42,866 nt of DNA from an uncultured archaeon. GTDB taxonomy: Archaea > Asgardarchaeota > Lokiarchaeia > Sigyniarchaeales > SOKP01. The position numbers and the translations under genes are program-made. The stretch covers positions 1-42,866 of the forward strand of contig CAZOYD010000026.1 in the NCBI GenBank assembly GCA_964583985.1, in the 5' to 3' direction. Shown one piece after another: positions 39,575-42,866 of the stretch (the stretch's first letter is position 1; every line of letters begins with the position of its first letter). The notes under the pieces were generated by a model. It was not told where the DNA came from. It saw only the letters and a program-made list of their open reading frames with translations, and made no database searches.

Positions 39575-40090
39575 CTATATGGATTCTTTAACTGAAATTT
39601 CAATCTCACAACAAGGATCTCCCAAAGGGATTTTCTTATTAAATTTTAGAATAAATTCTTTTTCTGGAAATGCACCCTTTAGTAAACCCTTAATAGTTGC
39701 TAGCGTAACCTTGTGACAAGGAATTGCATCTTGAGGCCATACTTTCTGAACCATTCTCCAAACTTCACAATCTAACACTCTGTGAATCATTTTGCTCTCA
39801 CTAATAACTTCTATTTCTGAATTCATATTCATGAGTGTATGGTGGATCTTCATTAACTTTGGCACTGTTTGAGAGAATTTACCTTTCAGATTTGTCATTG
39901 AAGCGATTTTTTTTCCCAACCTTTCAGAAAACATCTCCCATGCTTTTACATCCAAATCTGTTGCAGTTTCTAAACCGAGTTTTTCTACTGAAGCCATAAA
40001 CCACGCACCATCCAACCTAAGAAAAGAATATCTCATCAATTTTAGTAATTCTTCTAAACCTAATTCTGGATTTTCTTTCAAATTTAACAC
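39575..40090 (-). CDS. DUF6125-like protein (V4R-like ligand-binding fold)
   Basis: LDGAWFMASVEKLG..A..LD..AW, DC, PC, GDPCCEI. Confidence 0.6.
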   Translation of the reverse strand: MLNLKENPELGLEELLKLMRYSFLRLDGAWFMASVEKLGLETATDLDVKAWEMFSERLGKKIASMTNLKGKFSQTVPKLMKIHHTLMNMNSEIEVISESKMIHRVLDCEVWRMVQKVWPQDAIPCHKVTLATIKGLLKGAFPEKEFILKFNKKIPLGDPCCEIEISVKESI

Positions 40091-40249
40091 CTAATTATTA
40101 TTTAAAACGATTTTATTACTTGTAAGTACGATAATTATACGAATTTTAGTTTTATTTAATTTAATTTTATATGCTTCAAATAATTAAGGGAATCACTCAA
40201 GAAATCTGTAAAAATGAGATATAATATAAAAAAATTAAATAAAAATAAA

Positions 40250-40467
40250 TTAAGTTCCTTCCTCATAGCCATGGATGTAGTTATATTGTTCTTCGGTTAG
40301 AATGTCAATTTTAATGCCCATTGCTTGAAGTTTCAAAATTCCTACTTTATCATTAATATCGGTGGTACATCAACCATTCCTGGTTTGAGATTTTTCTTGT
40401 TTTTAACAATATACTCAGACATTAAAGCCTGAAGTCCTAATGACATATCTTTTATCTCGCTGGGATG
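40250..40467 (-). pseudogene. ahcY: Adenosylhomocysteinase 3'-end fragment (frameshifted)
   Basis: HPSEIKDMSLGLQALMSEYIVKNKKNLKPGMVDVP / DINDKVGILKLQAMGIKIDILTEEQYNYIHGYEEGT* with a 1-nt loss near 40361. Confidence 0.85.
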
Positions 40468-40591
40468 TGCTCCTAACAGTATTTGCACGATAATTTTAAA
40501 AAAATATATGCAATTCTATTGTAAATAATAAATTTGACTTTTGAAAAATAATCACAAAGCTTATCTTATAATTTTAATTTTATTGGATTAG

Positions 40592-40619
40592 TTCGATATT
40601 CTTCGAATTGATTCGATAT
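40592..40619. promoter_or_regulatory. Candidate operator upstream of the fmdE-tauE-arsR cassette
   Basis: TTCGA at 40592, 40602 and 40612 (10-nt period), forming overlapping inverted repeats. Confidence 0.45.
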
Positions 40620-40652
40620 AAAATTAATAAAAAAATAGATGATTAAAAAAAA

Positions 40653-41291
40653 ATGATTAATCCACATGAATATCTTGAAATGGGTTTTAAATTTCATGGT
40701 CATAAATGTCCTGCTATGCCATTAGGACTAAAAGCAGCGAGTATTGCGATGAATACGTTAAATGTTGAAAGATCACAGGCAGGTGAATTGTATACAATCT
40801 TAGATTTAGGTGACTTTCACTGTGCAACTTGTTTTGCAGATGGAGTTCAAATAATAACTGGTTGTACCTATGGAAAAGGAAATATCTCAAGATCATATAA
40901 AGGTAAATTTTCTCTAACTTTGATAGATCGGAAGAATGGAAGAGGTATTAAAGTAGTTCCTTCAGGTGAGTGGTTAAAACAAGCATTCCAGTCAGAATTT
41001 ATGGAACAACGTAAAAAGGGAATTCCTCCTCAAAACATTTCAACTGAAATTACCAATCCACTTATTGAAAAAGTACTAAATTCTTCAAATGATCAATTCA
41101 AAGTTGAATTATTACCAAAGATAAACATTGAGATACCCCCACACATTTGGGATAAAGATCTATGTGAAGAATGTGGAGAATTAACTGTCGCCGAGTATGG
41201 ACATTACATTAATGGAAAATTTTTATGTAAGGACTGTGCCAGGATGACTGATAATATTTTAGGGGGACCTCGTGGTCCTAAAATAGTATAA
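40653..41291 (+). CDS. FmdE family protein with C-terminal zinc finger
   Basis: FHGHKCPAMPLG, CFADGVQIITGCTYGKGN, CEECGE...CKDC. Confidence 0.9.
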   Translation: MINPHEYLEMGFKFHGHKCPAMPLGLKAASIAMNTLNVERSQAGELYTILDLGDFHCATCFADGVQIITGCTYGKGNISRSYKGKFSLTLIDRKNGRGIKVVPSGEWLKQAFQSEFMEQRKKGIPPQNISTEITNPLIEKVLNSSNDQFKVELLPKINIEIPPHIWDKDLCEECGELTVAEYGHYINGKFLCKDCARMTDNILGGPRGPKIV

Positions 41292-41343
41292 TAAAAGCAA
41301 TTTACCATTTTTTATTTTTAATTTCAATTTTGAGGTCAATCCC

Positions 41344-42189
41344 ATGGAAATTTTATTGTATTTTGTCATTGCTATTGTAGTCTTTGCATTTACAGCAATA
41401 GTAGCTATAGCTGGTATTGGAGCAGCATTTATTTTAATCCCTTTCTTGTTTTGGATGGGATACCCATTTAATCTTGCAGCAACTATAGGAATGTTTTCAA
41501 ATGTGTTAAGTACTGGTTCGCAATCATATGTGCATGCAAAAAATCATTCAATTAACTATCGCATCGCTTTACCTATGATTATTACAAGTGGAATTTTTGC
41601 GGTTATAGGAGTATTAATATCAACATTTGTGGAGGAAAAAATCTTGTTAATTTTATTTTCAATATTTCTTTTTGTAGCAGGATTATTTATTTTTTTGCGA
41701 ACAATTAAAAGTAATAAAAATGAAAATTTTGAAAAAAAAGAAATTGAAAACATAAATATATTATCGGGAAATATTAAAGAAAAGAAGGAGCATATAGATC
41801 TGAATGAGAAAAATATATTTACACCTTCTAAATATATAATTTTTGGATTGATTGCTGGTATCTTAATTGGATTTATTAGTGGAATGCTAGGAGTAGGTGG
41901 AGGATCACTTATTCTACCATTGCTATTGTTTATTGGAATGGAAACAAAAAAAGCAGCTTCAACTACTTCATTTGTCGTTTTATTTTCAAGCCTCACAAGT
42001 TTTGTTTCACGTGTAATTATAACTCAAATTGATTGGGGACTCTTAATAATTGTTGGAATATTTACACTTATGGGTGGATTCACGGGCTCTAAATTGATGC
42101 ATTTCAAGCTTAAACAGAAGCAAATTAAACTCGTAATAATTATAATTCTATGGGTTGTGGCAATCAAGATCCTTTTAGGGTTGTTTTAA
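41344..42189 (+). CDS. TauE/SafE family sulfite exporter
   Basis: AGIGAAFILIP and GMLGVGGGSLILP repeats; 8 TM segments. Confidence 0.9.
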   Translation: MEILLYFVIAIVVFAFTAIVAIAGIGAAFILIPFLFWMGYPFNLAATIGMFSNVLSTGSQSYVHAKNHSINYRIALPMIITSGIFAVIGVLISTFVEEKILLILFSIFLFVAGLFIFLRTIKSNKNENFEKKEIENINILSGNIKEKKEHIDLNEKNIFTPSKYIIFGLIAGILIGFISGMLGVGGGSLILPLLLFIGMETKKAASTTSFVVLFSSLTSFVSRVIITQIDWGLLIIVGIFTLMGGFTGSKLMHFKLKQKQIKLVIIIILWVVAIKILLGLF

Positions 42190-42266
42190 TAATTTATGTT
42201 GAAGAATTAACACGTTAGATTTTTAATAAATCAAAATAAATATAAATTCGAATTAGTTATAAAAAT

Positions 42267-42635
42267 ATGAATGAAATGACAGATAAGATTAAGAACTACA
42301 TTGCTCTGAATAATATAGATGAAAGTGAAGAAGAATTTAAAACAAAAATCAAACGATGGAAGGTTGAGGTTTTAAATAATCCATCGTTTGAAGAGGAACT
42401 CAAATTTCATAAAGCCTTAGCAAACCAAGAGAGATTACTAATTTATAAACTTCTTCTTAAAAGACCAATTTGTACTTGTGTATTAAGTTTTATTTTAGGC
42501 AAATCTCAGAGTACAATAAGTAGTCATTTAAAAGTAATTGAAGATGCGGGTTTAATTATCGGAAAAAAAGAAGGATATTTTGTGCACTACTACACTCGAG
42601 AGATGTTTGCTCAAGAATTTTCATTTAATATCTGA
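42267..42635 (+). CDS. ArsR/SmtB family transcriptional regulator
   Basis: KALANQERLLI, CTCVL, SQSTISSHLKVIEDAGLI. Confidence 0.92.
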   Translation: MNEMTDKIKNYIALNNIDESEEEFKTKIKRWKVEVLNNPSFEEELKFHKALANQERLLIYKLLLKRPICTCVLSFILGKSQSTISSHLKVIEDAGLIIGKKEGYFVHYYTREMFAQEFSFNI

Positions 42636-42777
42636 TAGATAAATCAAATGTATTGATGAAATGCAAATTAATTCAAGATATTACATTAAAAAAGAGTATA
42701 AAATACAGAAATTTTTAAAATCCGGTTCTTAATTTCAGTTAAAAGACAAATAGTAGTTAAAAAAAATAAAATAGAAA

Positions 42778-42866
42778 TTAAGTTCCTTCTTCGTAGCCGT
42801 GGATGTACTTGTATTGTTCTTCTGTTAAAGTGTCTATCTTTATACCCATCGCTTGAAGTTTCAAAA
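42778..42866 (-). CDS. ahcY: Adenosylhomocysteinase C-terminus (partial; gene extends beyond the window)
   Basis: LKLQAMGIKIDTLTEEQYKYIHGYEEGT* is an AhcY-type C-terminus. Confidence 0.8.
   Translation of the reverse strand, partial: LKLQAMGIKIDTLTEEQYKYIHGYEEGT

Noticed and set aside
1-42866. CRISPR arrays, transposases, integrases, rRNA, replication origin
   Set aside because: No regularly spaced repeats, mobile-element motifs, rRNA-like sequence or cdc6/ORB boxes were seen.

Overview
AT-rich archaeal chromosomal window, most consistent with an Asgard archaeon of the Lokiarchaeia/Promethearchaeota type. This is inferred from archaeal ribosomal and RNA-processing genes, longin and roadblock proteins, and intron-containing tRNAs. 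It holds a bacterial-type dnaJ-clpB pair, SCP2, PH-like, longin and roadblock proteins, and a Get3/ArsA ATPase. It also holds archaeal dnaG, the conserved rps19e-PDCD5-rpl39e-rpl31e-eIF6-rplX-pfdA-ftsY-secE cluster, yhbY-rpp21-nep1, three tRNAs, DNA-repair genes, Thermotoga-like inositol catabolism genes (iolN, iolO, iolM) and an FmdE/TauE/ArsR cassette between two copies of the ahcY 3' end. Main observation: the protein-coding gene dnaG is interrupted by a 31-nt insertion (12729-12759) that folds into a bulge-helix-bulge (BHB)-type motif. Cutting at the canonical tRNA-splicing-endonuclease positions restores the reading frame and the conserved GVVEKSD-IVGAIFGQTEG motif, so it is a probable mRNA intron. 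Three similar 28-29-nt BHB-type introns sit at non-canonical positions in tRNA-Arg and tRNA-Phe in the same window. All family assignments are from motif recognition by eye, not from database searches.
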